Positions 38,073-48,438 of a DNA stretch of 64,000 nucleotides are shown piece after piece; position 1 is the stretch's first letter, and each line of letters opens with the position of its first letter. Below the pieces are notes generated by a model. That model was not told the DNA's origin. It saw nothing but the letters and a program-made list of their open reading frames with translations, and did no database searches. The position numbers were made by a program, and so were the translations under genes. The stretch is from Acidobacteriota bacterium (GTDB taxonomy: Bacteria; Acidobacteriota; UBA890; WLXD01): positions 93,758 to 157,757 of the forward strand of contig CAXWPH010000005.1 in the NCBI GenBank assembly GCA_963666055.2, given 5' to 3'.

Positions 38073-40133
38073 GTGATCCAGTCTGGAGACGTTGCTCGTC
38101 TGAAGTCGTTGTCGTGGGCGCTGGCGGTGGGGGCTGTCGTGTTGCTGGCCGCACCAGCACCGGCGCAGGACATCCCGCCGCCGCCGAGCGATCACGATTT
38201 CATTCGCCCCGATCGGTCCGGACGCGACCATCGAACGGCCTTCGACAATTACGCCAGCCCAGAGGGGTACGCCGACTCGTCCGGCGAGGCTAGCGTGTAC
38301 TTCTACTGGCCGAGCGCGGGTGAGACTTGGGATGAGACCCTCAGGGAGGACGTTCCGGGTTATGTGCTCGAGTCCATAGCAGCGCTGCGGCCGGTTTTCG
38401 ATGGTATCGGCCCGACGCCGCAGAGGCCGCTTTGGGTGGGGATGGTCAGGGAGATGTACTCCGAGAACGCCGAGGACGAGAGAACGATTGTTGGCGGCGC
38501 CTACGACCCAGCGTTCGAGATGCTGTACCTGCCGGCCTCGACCCTTGCGGACGCGCCGTGCATCCGTTCTACCGTGGCACACGAAGTGGCGCACGCGATG
38601 AGCAGGATCTACAACGGCTACCTCGACTACCCGCGTTCGCCGACCTGGCTCGACGAGGGCGGCGCCGAGTACCTCGCCAACGTGGTCTATCCAGAAGAGC
38701 AAAACGGCGAGTGCTTCGAGGGGCTGTACAAGGACTTTGGCAAGGCGACGGACGTCGGGCTATGGGACAAGGCGCGGAGCTACGATGCCTATCCGTTCCT
38801 CAAGTGGCTTTCGAACAACGACACCGACGTCAACGCGATGATCCGGGATTTCATCAATGCGATGCCCAGGACACGCCTGATCTACGACTACAAGCTCGAC
38901 GAGAAGTGGCCGCAATACTCCCTCGAGGTTTGGGGCGATGCACGGTACGCGATGGAATCGCCGCCCTACCAGTGCGACAAGTCGTTTCCGCCCAACCACC
39001 TGCACTTCGGACACCCGGGCTCCGGCGAGCTCAGCATGGAGCAGATCACGCTGGTCGAATATCTCCAGAGCGTTGATCCGTACGCGATCTCCTACCTGCA
39101 CTTCCGCTCCGACGACAGCGAGCTCTACCGCCTCACCATGGAGAAGGTCCTCGGCGACAACGCCAATCCCGACCTTCGGGTGGGGGCGATCGTAGTCGAC
39201 TCGCAGGGCTTCAAGCACGTGAAGATGTCGCAGTGGCCGCCTGACGAGAGCCAACCTACTGAGTTCGCTCAATTCGTCCCCGGCTCAGGCGAGGATACCG
39301 AGCACACCTTCCACCACACCGGCAACGACCTGGCGGTGGCGGTGTCGTGCGTGGCGCAGGACCCGCTGGACTGCGATATGTATTCGCCGGAGGTCAGCGA
39401 GTTCGGTGTCTCAATTGGGCTGCCCGACGCGTGGGAGCTTGGCCAGATACGGGTGAACGAAGGCACCGAGGGCACCCAGCAGCGCTTCAATGTCTTCGGC
39501 AAGATGCTGCTGCGCGCCTACCCGCTCGACGATGGTCGCGTGCGCGTGGTGCAGAAGACGACGCATTTCTGGCCCAACTTCGCGTCCCAGTACTACCAAG
39601 ATGCGCTGGAGCAGGGACCGGAATCGACGCGGGCGGCGTTCAAAGCCGGTGGCACGATGGAGACATTCGTCGAGGAGAGCTGCTGGTTCCTCGGCAAGCA
39701 GATCCTCGAGATCGAGGAGGTCGACAGCGACGAGTGGCTCGAGGACACCGAGACGTGGGACCAGCGACTGGTCTACAAGTTCAAGGCCACCGACGATCCC
39801 ATAACCATCAACACGCCGCACAAGTTCCGCTGCGTGCCCAACGTCGCCACCAACAAGACCCTGGCATTGCTGCTGGCCGGCGGTGGCGCTCCGGCGGCAG
39901 CGGCATTGATGTTGCCGATCGCCCGTTGGGTGGCGCGCGCCACCGGCGGTGAGGGTCTCGGCGAGGACTCCTGGGCGGGCCAGCTCCAGAAGATCTTCAT
40001 GAGCTCGCTCACCTGGGGCATCAAGGACGAAGGCGAGATCAGCCTGGCGTTCGTGCAACGCGAGGTCGACGACTACCTGATCGTCAAGGTGAACGACACG
40101 CTTTCGTTGGTTTACAAGGCGATCAAGCGGTAG
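38073..40133 (+). CDS. Secreted gluzincin-like metallopeptidase domain protein
   Basis: Signal peptide, AHEVAH and WLDEGGAEY. Confidence 0.65.
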   Translation: MIQSGDVARLKSLSWALAVGAVVLLAAPAPAQDIPPPPSDHDFIRPDRSGRDHRTAFDNYASPEGYADSSGEASVYFYWPSAGETWDETLREDVPGYVLESIAALRPVFDGIGPTPQRPLWVGMVREMYSENAEDERTIVGGAYDPAFEMLYLPASTLADAPCIRSTVAHEVAHAMSRIYNGYLDYPRSPTWLDEGGAEYLANVVYPEEQNGECFEGLYKDFGKATDVGLWDKARSYDAYPFLKWLSNNDTDVNAMIRDFINAMPRTRLIYDYKLDEKWPQYSLEVWGDARYAMESPPYQCDKSFPPNHLHFGHPGSGELSMEQITLVEYLQSVDPYAISYLHFRSDDSELYRLTMEKVLGDNANPDLRVGAIVVDSQGFKHVKMSQWPPDESQPTEFAQFVPGSGEDTEHTFHHTGNDLAVAVSCVAQDPLDCDMYSPEVSEFGVSIGLPDAWELGQIRVNEGTEGTQQRFNVFGKMLLRAYPLDDGRVRVVQKTTHFWPNFASQYYQDALEQGPESTRAAFKAGGTMETFVEESCWFLGKQILEIEEVDSDEWLEDTETWDQRLVYKFKATDDPITINTPHKFRCVPNVATNKTLALLLAGGGAPAAAALMLPIARWVARATGGEGLGEDSWAGQLQKIFMSSLTWGIKDEGEISLAFVQREVDDYLIVKVNDTLSLVYKAIKR

Positions 40134-40224
40134 AGCCGTCAAGGATCCCGCCGGCAACAACGCGTGCCTGATGGGCGAGCGATGACGCGAGCAGTGACTG
40201 TGCTCGGTTGGTCCAGCCATGGAG

Positions 40225-41481
40225 CTACGGCTGGACGATCTTCGCCCCCGTGAGCTGTGCAACGCCCGCCAGCGTCGTCTGCGCGGCGTTCAGGCCGAGG
40301 CGGAAGTCGTTGTCGCTGAATGTCGAGAAGCGATCGGTCGGCTGATGCCAGTTGGGGTCCCAGCCCGCCCCGATCTGCGCGCCGCGCTCGTTCTCACGCA
40401 GGCTGACGGCGGGCACGACTTCCATGAACGGGGTGGAGTCGGTGTTCGTCATGTGTGGGCCGACACTCGCCGGGTAGTCGGTCGCATACGCGTCGTTGGC
40501 CGCCTTGAGCAGCCAGGCCAGTTCGCGTGACTCGGCCACCATGTCGGATTCCGACTGGAACTCGATGTTGACGTCGGCCTCGGGGCGCTGATCGCGACTC
40601 ACCGTACCGTCGGCGCGTGGTGCACCGTGATCAAACAGCATCATGTCGTGCTGGATCATCCCCAGCCATCGCGGCTCCGGGTAGCGGCCGGAGCCAGGTG
40701 GATCTTCCTGTCCCTGCAGTGCCTGGCGTTGCTCCACGTAGGCACGGCTACCGTTGAGGCCGGTCTCCTCGTTGTTCCACAGAGCGAAACGGATCGAGCG
40801 CTCGGTCTGCACGTCGGGCGCGTTGAAGATGCGCGCCAACTCCATGACGATGGCGGTCCCAGAGCCGTCGTCGTTGGCCGCCTCCCCCCAGCCGTGCCCG
40901 TCCATATGTGCTCCGATGATGTACATCTCCTCCGGGTGCAAAGCACCGATCTTCGTGCAGTAGACCTCCTGACGCTCGCCATCGGTGGCCGGCTCGCTGT
41001 TGAGCTCCCGCAACGCCTCGTCGGGCTGTGCTGTCGGGTCGTTAGTCACGCCGGTCCTGCCGCGGTATCCGAAGATCGAGCTGCCGCCGGGGCCGGACCC
41101 GTTCCGTCCCACCAGACCGCCTGTCGACGTCTCGAGGCTGGCCTCCTCGTCGCGTCGCGGTCGGCGTCCGCGGCGTCGCTCTGGTGCGCTCTCCGGCGGA
41201 AACATGTACGTGATGCGCTTGGTGTTCGTGCACCCGTACGAGCGTAGCTGCGCTTCGATCCAATCGACCGCGCTGCGGTTGCGCTGCGTACCCTGGCGCC
41301 GATCGCCGAACTTCGTCAGGCCTTGGAGGGTGGCCTTGTACTGCGCGAGATCGAGCCGACCGACGAGGATTCGCACAGGATCGTCCTCCGCCTCGGGACT
41401 TTGGTTCTGCGCCGGGCTGGCGGGGCCGGCACCGGTCGCCAACAAAAGGCCGGCTAGCAGGACGGAAACCTTGGTGCGCAT
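40225..41481 (-). CDS. M28 family peptidase
   Basis: IGAHMD, ANDDGSG, NNEETGLNGS and WHQPTD; signal peptide. Confidence 0.88.
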   Translation of the reverse strand: MRTKVSVLLAGLLLATGAGPASPAQNQSPEAEDDPVRILVGRLDLAQYKATLQGLTKFGDRRQGTQRNRSAVDWIEAQLRSYGCTNTKRITYMFPPESAPERRRGRRPRRDEEASLETSTGGLVGRNGSGPGGSSIFGYRGRTGVTNDPTAQPDEALRELNSEPATDGERQEVYCTKIGALHPEEMYIIGAHMDGHGWGEAANDDGSGTAIVMELARIFNAPDVQTERSIRFALWNNEETGLNGSRAYVEQRQALQGQEDPPGSGRYPEPRWLGMIQHDMMLFDHGAPRADGTVSRDQRPEADVNIEFQSESDMVAESRELAWLLKAANDAYATDYPASVGPHMTNTDSTPFMEVVPAVSLRENERGAQIGAGWDPNWHQPTDRFSTFSDNDFRLGLNAAQTTLAGVAQLTGAKIVQP

Positions 41482-41828
41482 GGGGATTCTCCGGTTGGTC
41501 AGGTTCGGGAGATCGACGTTGCGATGAAGTGACGTGCGCGCTGAATCGTCGCCTTTCACTGCTCCGCTCGCAAGGGCGTGGGGTCAAGAAGAGAGGGATG
41601 TCGGTGGCCGCCTCACGCTCGACGCAGCGGCCCGCTCCATGCCGAGCATTCGCGCCACGACCCAGGCCGAGAGCGGGAAGTAGATGGCCTCCGCCACGAT
41701 CGCCACGAATCCAAAGGCGATGCCCACTTTCATCACAACGACACCGACGAAGAAAGACGTGCCTGAGGCATCGGCCGGCGGCTCGAGCTCCGTCAGACAT
41801 CCATGATCCGCCAGCCGGTGCGAGAGTC

Positions 41829-42179
41829 TCAGAGACTACGCTCCACGTATTCTTTGAGAGCGACTGCGTTGTTGAATCGCGACTCCCGCGAGGCGAAGAC
41901 GAACGTGACCGAGCCCGCGTGGACACGCTCGAGGATGGCGTCAATCGGTGCGTCCCGAGCTTGCAGCTCCTTGAAGTAGCGCTGCTTGAACTCCGCCCAC
42001 TTGTCCGGATCGTGGTTGAACCAGCGGCGCAGCTCGGCGGTGGGAGCAGCGTCCTTGGTCCACAGATCGATCTTCGCATTCTGCTTCGACAGGCCGCGAG
42101 GCCACAGGCGCTCGACGAGAATGCGGCATCCATCCGAGCTTGACGGCGCCTCGTAGGCTCGTTTCAGCGAGATTGGCAC
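41829..42179 (-). CDS. DUF488 (YeaO-like) protein
   Basis: KRAYE..DGCRILVERLWPRGLSK..APTAELRRWFNHD..NNAVAL. Confidence 0.9.
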   Translation of the reverse strand: MPISLKRAYEAPSSSDGCRILVERLWPRGLSKQNAKIDLWTKDAAPTAELRRWFNHDPDKWAEFKQRYFKELQARDAPIDAILERVHAGSVTFVFASRESRFNNAVALKEYVERSL

Positions 42180-42264
42180 GGGATCACCGAGTCCGCGGTA
42201 GCTTGTCTGGGCCAGATCACGGCCAGTCAGCCATGAACCAACATGCCGGGAGGGAAGGCTCAAG

Positions 42265-42813
42265 ATGGAAAGCACCATTGCCAAGCTACTACAGGAATTC
42301 GAGCAGGGGAGAATGAGCCGGCGTCAACTTATCCGCAGTCTGGCGATCGCTGCGACCGGGGCGCATGCTCTCCGCTCTGTCGGCCCTGCTCAGGCAGCGA
42401 TGCCGGCGACCCAGGCTGCACCTTTTCGCACGGTCAGCCTGGACCATATCTCGTACGCCGTCGCCGACTATGGGAGGAGCCGCGACTTCTACGCCGACCT
42501 GATGGGCTGGGAGGTGCAGAGCGACAACGGCGAGAGTCAGGCCACGCTGCGTATTGGCGACGTGGGCGAGATCATCGTTCGCAACAACCGTCGGCCAATG
42601 AACCAGCCTTCGAATGAGCCAGGCCGCCCACCGGTAACCGGCGTCATCAACCACATCGCCTGGCGGATCGATGACTTCGATACTGACGCAGTAAGGGAAG
42701 AGCTAGAGGCGCGCGATCTGAATCCGCGGCGGGACCAAGGTGGTCCCGACCCCGGCTACGATAGCTATCACGTGCTGGATCCCGATGGCTGGGACCTGCA
42801 GATTAGCAAGTAG
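42265..42813 (+). CDS. VOC/glyoxalase family protein with Tat-like leader
   Basis: MSRRQL, LDHISY..SRDFY, NHIAW and DPDGWDLQ. Confidence 0.85.
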   Translation: MESTIAKLLQEFEQGRMSRRQLIRSLAIAATGAHALRSVGPAQAAMPATQAAPFRTVSLDHISYAVADYGRSRDFYADLMGWEVQSDNGESQATLRIGDVGEIIVRNNRRPMNQPSNEPGRPPVTGVINHIAWRIDDFDTDAVREELEARDLNPRRDQGGPDPGYDSYHVLDPDGWDLQISK

Positions 42814-42827
42814 CTCGGGGGAGAGCT

Positions 42828-43364
42828 TTAGCGGAGTTCTTCGGCACCCTGCTGACCCCGATCGGCTCTCCCTGCGGCCATGTGGGCGGAAAGGCGGTAG
42901 CGGATGAAACGCTCGCCTTCGAGAACGACCTCACCGTCCCGGCGGAAGCCCAGACGCTGTATCCCGGCCACGTGCTTCCTGCTCGGAGGCAGGAGAGCGG
43001 TGACGGAACCGAGCCGGAGCTCATCGAAGGCGTAGCGAATGATCCGCTCGTAGAGGTCCGGCCCCGTTCCCCAGTGGTTCGGGTGCAATACCAGGCCGAC
43101 GTCTGCCTCGCCACCTTGCGGCTGTAGCCCACCCCACCCGGCGAATTCGTCATCGACGAAGAATCCCCAGGGGCCGTATCCGTTGTTGTCCCACATGTGC
43201 TCTTTGGCCGCGACGAACTTCTCACACTCGGCTGGGCCGAAGTGGCCCCGTGCCAGCGGCAGGTGGCGCCGTACCATAGGGTTGTTCATCAATTCGATGA
43301 TGGCTTCCGGCGCTACTTCGCCGAGTCGCTTGAACACGATCCTCCGGCGGTCGTGAGACATCAT
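42828..43364 (-). CDS. GNAT N-acetyltransferase (RimJ/RimL-like)
   Basis: GYGPWGF, FAGWGGL, LHPNHWGTG and RLGF. Confidence 0.8.
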   Translation of the reverse strand: MMSHDRRRIVFKRLGEVAPEAIIELMNNPMVRRHLPLARGHFGPAECEKFVAAKEHMWDNNGYGPWGFFVDDEFAGWGGLQPQGGEADVGLVLHPNHWGTGPDLYERIIRYAFDELRLGSVTALLPPSRKHVAGIQRLGFRRDGEVVLEGERFIRYRLSAHMAAGRADRGQQGAEELR

Positions 43365-43386
43365 GGCTGAGAGCGTCGGCCGCCCG

Positions 43387-43848
43387 TCATGCGCTCGAGC
43401 TGCCAACGCGTCGGCCCAGAGGAAGGCCTCGATGAAAGCGGGATAGAACGTAGACGTAGGCGGCTAGCACCCAGTGGAAAAAGATGGGGATTGTGCCTCC
43501 GAACCAGCGGCGTTCCGGAAACACGGCCATGACGATTACATAACGGGCGACCATGGCGACGAAGTAGACCAGTGCAAACCACTTCAGGCTCGAGCCGAGT
43601 CGCGTGTGCTGGCGCACGAGAGGCCCCGAGCCAGCCCACAGCTGGCGAGATACCTCTAGCTGACCCGCGAGAATCACGATCTGCGCGGGCAGCAGAATCG
43701 GATAGGGTAGGAGGCCCGAGTACCACTCCTCCATGGGGGGAAGGAACGCCGGGCTCCAAAGCCCCACGAGAGCCTGCCCGAGCACCCGGCCGAGGAATGC
43801 GAGAGCGAGGATGCCGAGGACAAGCGCGTAGGGTCTCACTCGACGCAT
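43387..43848 (-). CDS. Hypothetical membrane protein
   Basis: About four hydrophobic segments, WYSGLLPYP and IPIFFHWVLA. Confidence 0.7.
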   Translation of the reverse strand: MRRVRPYALVLGILALAFLGRVLGQALVGLWSPAFLPPMEEWYSGLLPYPILLPAQIVILAGQLEVSRQLWAGSGPLVRQHTRLGSSLKWFALVYFVAMVARYVIVMAVFPERRWFGGTIPIFFHWVLAAYVYVLSRFHRGLPLGRRVGSSSA

Positions 43849-43966
43849 TTCGCCGGATCGGGCCCACGGTACCGTCGCTCCGACCGTGATCGCCAGGGTC
43901 CATCGACGTGGGCTCGGCTCGGGACGGCTATCCCCCAGCTGCACCAATAGCGAGGCGGCCTGCTCG

Positions 43967-44422
43967 CTAGCAACCGCAGCCTCCCCTGATGGCTACAGGT
44001 GGATCGGCGGCGCCTGCGGTGGCCGCGACTGTTCCGCTGAACCAACAGGCCTCCGCACCGGGACTGGTAGCCACGAGCTCCACTTGCAGCGTGACCTGCC
44101 CGGATTGCCAGCTGGACGACCAGACGTTTCCAGCCTGGCAACTATAGAGCGGAAGCTCCAGTGGCGTCTTCGGTTGCAAACGCACGTTACCGGCGCCGAG
44201 GTTCACGCGCGCGTTGGGAGGATCGCCGTTCGGATCCAAGACAAGGATCTCGGGGCCGGAGCCGTAGGAACCCTCCGTCGCATCTGCAATCGACTCGTTG
44301 AAGCTACATCCACAAACGATGGACTGCCACTCGATCGGCTGGAGCTCATGGAGCAAGCGCTCGCTCCCTGATGCACCGCCAAGCGTAAGGAAGCCTGCGA
44401 GTATCGTGACGAGTCGCTTCAT
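43967..44422 (-). CDS. Hypothetical secreted protein
   Basis: Signal peptide and paired CGC motifs. Confidence 0.6.
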   Translation of the reverse strand: MKRLVTILAGFLTLGGASGSERLLHELQPIEWQSIVCGCSFNESIADATEGSYGSGPEILVLDPNGDPPNARVNLGAGNVRLQPKTPLELPLYSCQAGNVWSSSWQSGQVTLQVELVATSPGAEACWFSGTVAATAGAADPPVAIRGGCGC

Positions 44423-44805
44423 GCCGGTTCTGTACGTTGCGTGAGGGACAATCCGCCCGAGGAGAAGGTGGCGCTCTCGATCGCGCTACCGGCCGAGCTT
44501 CTCATCGAACTGGCACTGGCCTTTGGCCGGGCGAAGTGGAGCCAGCTGGATGTCGTGCCATGAGTCCTCCGGCACCTCGGGCGTGACGAGGGCGTCCCAC
44601 TCTTGCATGGATGTGCCAGGAGCATCGGTCACCTGGAGGCGTTCGAACCGCGCGATTGGGAGGGTTTGTTTCACGCGAAGTGCCTCGTCTGCCGACGAGC
44701 GCGGTTCGAAGGTCATGAGTATGTAGCAGGGGGGAACCGTACGGATCTGGTTGAAGAAACCACGGTGCCAACCTGGGCCGAGCTCCTCGGCTTGGAATCG
44801 CACAC

Positions 44806-44821
44806 CACCACGGCCTGCTAG
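44806..44821. mobile_element. Solo end of the CTAG MITE family
   Basis: CACCACGGCCTG-CTAG is identical to 14105-14120. Confidence 0.6.
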
Positions 44822-45407
44822 GTGGTCTGGCTGCCAAGAGCTCTTTTGCCGTGCACGTGGGCTCCACGTTGTAACCAAGGTAGTAGTAGGCCTGCCAACG
44901 CCTTTGACCGGCTAGCCTGTCGCCAGATCTCAGAATAAGGTGAACCCCCTTCCGGCTGGTGCATTCGTGGAAATACTCCGGCCGACCATCCTCATCCAAC
45001 TCTGCGACCACGACGGCGCCCGCTACGCTGAAACGCTCGGCGAGCCCGAGCACGCCAATTCCGAGCAGTGGGCCGGCCGGCAAGTCTGAAAGCGCCTCGA
45101 GCTCGAATAGCGACAGGCTGCGATTCCCGATCATCACCAAGGGAAGCTCATCGGCCGGCGCGTTGGCAGCCCGCCCGAGCAGACGGAATTTGCTCGTCCA
45201 CTGAGGCGTCGCGGTATGAACAAAGGTGATCTCAGCACCCGAAGGCGCTTCCGAGGCGTCGAGCGCCAGGTAATAAGCCCCATCTTTCGATACGACAACG
45301 CCGACGGTCGCCTCGTATTGAGCACCTACCCCGAGAGCTCCTTGGCCCATTCAGCTGACGAGAACCAAAGACGCGATCGCTGTTGCTCGAAGTGGAATGG
45401 TCTTCAT
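44822..45407 (-). pseudogene. Hypothetical secreted protein with an in-frame TGA at 45351-45353
   Basis: MKTIPLRATAIASLVLVS*MGQ..; C-terminal CTSRKGVHL..YYYLGYNVEPTC; runs into the MITE end. Confidence 0.5.
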
Positions 45408-45421
45408 TGGCTAGCGAAGTT

Positions 45422-46264
45422 CTACGCGCCGCCGGATCGGAGGCTGATCACGGAGATCTCGGGCGGTACCAGAAACCTCACGGGAATGATGCTAGTACCG
45501 ATGCCAGAGCTGACGAAGAGATGCCTGCCATCTTCGACGATGTGACCGATGGCAAACAGCTCGCCAAACTTGGAAGGGATGATAGGGCGGCCTATTCCCG
45601 GAATGTACACCTGCCCCCCATGTGTATGCCCGGCGATCGTGAGCGTAACGCTCGACGGTACCTCCGGGAAGAGGTCGGGGTTGTGCGTCAAGAGAACAGT
45701 GGGCTGATCGGCGGGCACTCCGGACAGCGCCGCCGCCATGTCATGTGGACCCTCCCAGAGGTCAGTCACTCCCGCCAACCAGAAACGGCAGCCGCCGCTG
45801 ATGACCTCAAGAGATTCGTCCGCGAGAACCGGGATGTCCTGCCTTTCGAGGGCGGCGCGGATACGCTCCGCGTCGAGCCACCAATCATGGTTGCCAAGGA
45901 CAGAGAGAACGCCGGCCGGAGCAGATAGCCGGGCAAGCTCTCGCGCTGAGTCCTCCGGGGGCACGAAAGTACCCCCCAGGACACCTTGAATGACCAAGTC
46001 TCCGGCTAGCAGAACCAGATCGGGATGGGCTCGTTGTGTGACCTCGACGACCTCTGCAAGCTTCGTCAGGCCATTGTGGGGAGACCCGATATGCAGGTCC
46101 GCGAGGATCGCGATGCGAAAGCCATCGCAGTCTGCTGGCCAGGCAGAGAGATGGATGTCGTAGTCTCGGTGTCGCAGACTCGAAGGCTCGAGCCAAAAGG
46201 CCCATGAGCTCAGCGCCAGAGCGAGGATCAGCAGCGGTGCCAGGATAAGCGCTGTGCGTCTCAT
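45422..46264 (-). CDS. Metallophosphoesterase (YkuE-like)
   Basis: DLH, GD, GNHD, HNPD, GHTHGGQ and VSSGIG. Confidence 0.92.
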   Translation of the reverse strand: MRRTALILAPLLILALALSSWAFWLEPSSLRHRDYDIHLSAWPADCDGFRIAILADLHIGSPHNGLTKLAEVVEVTQRAHPDLVLLAGDLVIQGVLGGTFVPPEDSARELARLSAPAGVLSVLGNHDWWLDAERIRAALERQDIPVLADESLEVISGGCRFWLAGVTDLWEGPHDMAAALSGVPADQPTVLLTHNPDLFPEVPSSVTLTIAGHTHGGQVYIPGIGRPIIPSKFGELFAIGHIVEDGRHLFVSSGIGTSIIPVRFLVPPEISVISLRSGGA

Positions 46265-46377
46265 CGGCAGGTCAGCACTCCTATCTGGCCACCCCGAGCA
46301 CCGGCCCGGGTATGTCCTCGGGCATTCCCCATCCCTCGATGGGCGCAGCGTCCAGATGTTGCTCGAGGTGGAGTTTC

Positions 46378-47235
46378 CTATCCCCTACAGGCTGTTGCTG
46401 GTCGAGACCACGCCCGGAGTGCTACGAGGGCCGCCAAAGCCCACCCGCCGAAGAAGACCGAGGCGGCCATCATGGCTGGCGAACCCTCCGACGGTCCCCA
46501 ACCGACAGCTGCCTGCCAGAGTATGGCGCCACAGAAACCCCACCAGGCGATTCCGGCGACGTGGACCCAGCGTTTCGTGATGTCGTCCGGTGCTCCGCCC
46601 CACACCAGCAGAAGTGCTACCAACGGGATCGCCTGGAGCCCGTGAAAGCCGGCTGCATGGATTGGAAGCAAGTTTCCTTCGACGCCAACCATTCGGCCCT
46701 CGAAGATGCTCATCCAGATTCCTATTCCAAACGACATCAAACAAGCGACAGCGGCGTACCGAACGGCAAGACGGAAGGCAGTGATCTCGACTCTGAAGAA
46801 CCTCCAGGCGAGCACGAGAAAGAGCGCCATGATGCCGACGGCGTCGAGGAAGAACACGCCGCCCAGGATCTGATCGGGTACTCCAGCCACCGCTGAAACC
46901 CGCGGATCCAGGCCACGGAACGCCTGGACTGTCTCGATGCCGTACGCGTACAGCGTGGCGATTACCAACGCTGTCCCCCACCGTCGTTGGCCTCTCTCTG
47001 TGAACCCGGCTCCCGGGGCGAGCAACGCCTGAGTCAAGAGGAAGACGCCTACAGATCCGTTGAAGATGGCGGTCTCCCAGAGATTTCCCTCGGGAGGCAC
47101 GATGAAACCGCGCCCCAGCCCGTACAGAGAGCAGCCTGCTCCGAGCGTGACCCCGAGAAGGCCGACCCAAGCTACTCGGGGCTCCTTCCCGAGTTGGGCT
47201 AGCAAGGCGCTCCAAACAGCATTCGGTCTGCTCAC
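46378..47235 (-). CDS. Hypothetical membrane protein
   Basis: Multiple transmembrane helices, QAFRG and HAAGFHGLQAIP; GTGA overlap with the upstream remnant. Confidence 0.7.
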   Translation of the reverse strand: MSRPNAVWSALLAQLGKEPRVAWVGLLGVTLGAGCSLYGLGRGFIVPPEGNLWETAIFNGSVGVFLLTQALLAPGAGFTERGQRRWGTALVIATLYAYGIETVQAFRGLDPRVSAVAGVPDQILGGVFFLDAVGIMALFLVLAWRFFRVEITAFRLAVRYAAVACLMSFGIGIWMSIFEGRMVGVEGNLLPIHAAGFHGLQAIPLVALLLVWGGAPDDITKRWVHVAGIAWWGFCGAILWQAAVGWGPSEGSPAMMAASVFFGGWALAALVALRAWSRPATACRG

Positions 47236-47384
47236 CGCGAAAGCCTCGCCGGGCCGCCCTCGCTGCCAAGGTCGCTGCCTCGGCTCCGAGCGAGGTGCTT
47301 GGTGACGCTCCATCCGGGAAGCAGGATCATTAGTGCCCAACCGATAATCGCCAACCCGGCCACGTTGAAGAGCAGTGTTGTCAT
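47232..47384 (-). pseudogene. ABA4-like (DUF4281) remnant with internal deletion
   Basis: LFNVAGLAIIGWALMILLPGWSVT, then an abrupt end after 50 aa. Confidence 0.5.
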
Positions 47385-47424
47385 GATCGCTCCGCGTTCC
47401 ACTCCGGCTCGACCCCAGTCGAGC

Positions 47425-48390
47425 CTATCTCCCGACGGTCGGATGTCGCGGCGTCCAGTTTTGCAACCAGGCCGGCTCTGCGAGAAGCTCGAGGCGCGCA
47501 TTGACCCGGTAGGTGACCGGATAGAAGCCCTCACCCTGGAGCTGTCCGGCGCGGATCGCCTGCAATGCAGAACGTAGGTCCTCCACGTCGCTCATTGCTA
47601 GCTGTGGCGCGCCGGGTGGCGCGTCGCGATGTGCACCGAAGACAGGTGAATGCGCTGGTGCCGCATGCAGAATTGTTTCCGCCCCTTGCAAGTAATCGCC
47701 CATGCCGCTGTTGGGTAGAAACGCATACAACGGGCCTGGGTAGATGAAGTCGCCGGAAAAGAGCTGACCGGACTCGAGGTCGAGCAACGACACCGAGTCC
47801 TCAGTATGGCCGGGAGTGTAGAGCAATCTCAGCGTCCGGCCACCCAAGAAGATCAGTGAATCGGGGGCGAGCCATTCGTCGACGGTGAGCAGCGGTGCCT
47901 CGAAGCCTTCCGACACGCCGAGGTGCTCGGCGAACCCGAGCTGCAGCCGGTTGTCTGGGGCCCGCTCCCGCAGGTAGGGCAGATCCACCACCGCTACGTG
48001 CTCGAAGGTGATCTCGTTGCCGATGTGGTCGTAGTGGAAGTGTGAAGGGATGAAGGTGATCGGGCGATCGGTCAGCGACCGCGCCACCGGGCGGATGTCG
48101 CGAAGCCCGGGACCTGCGTCGAACAATACGGCGCGATCTGTGCCGGCGATCAGGTAGCTGTAATTCTGCTGGTAGTAGCGTGGCTCACCGATCGCGAAAG
48201 TGTGCGCCGCCAGCTCCTGCACCGTGAAGTAGTCGTCATACCAGCGCACCTCGGCCCCTTCATTCACAGGATCGGAGAAGGCGGGGCTACTGCTGGTAGC
48301 GGTGGCGTAGATGAGAATGCGGTGCCGCAGCCTCACCACGCCTACAACAAGCGTGGTGGCGACAAAGAGCACGATCAGCAGCTTCCTCAA
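47425..48390 (-). CDS. MBL-fold metallo-hydrolase
   Basis: SHFHYDHIG, TPGHT and FSGD. Confidence 0.9.
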   Translation of the reverse strand: MRKLLIVLFVATTLVVGVVRLRHRILIYATATSSSPAFSDPVNEGAEVRWYDDYFTVQELAAHTFAIGEPRYYQQNYSYLIAGTDRAVLFDAGPGLRDIRPVARSLTDRPITFIPSHFHYDHIGNEITFEHVAVVDLPYLRERAPDNRLQLGFAEHLGVSEGFEAPLLTVDEWLAPDSLIFLGGRTLRLLYTPGHTEDSVSLLDLESGQLFSGDFIYPGPLYAFLPNSGMGDYLQGAETILHAAPAHSPVFGAHRDAPPGAPQLAMSDVEDLRSALQAIRAGQLQGEGFYPVTYRVNARLELLAEPAWLQNWTPRHPTVGR

Positions 48391-48438
48391 TTCAGTTCTG
48401 CCGGTATCGCATGGCTCGCTGGCAACCAGACGGCGCCC

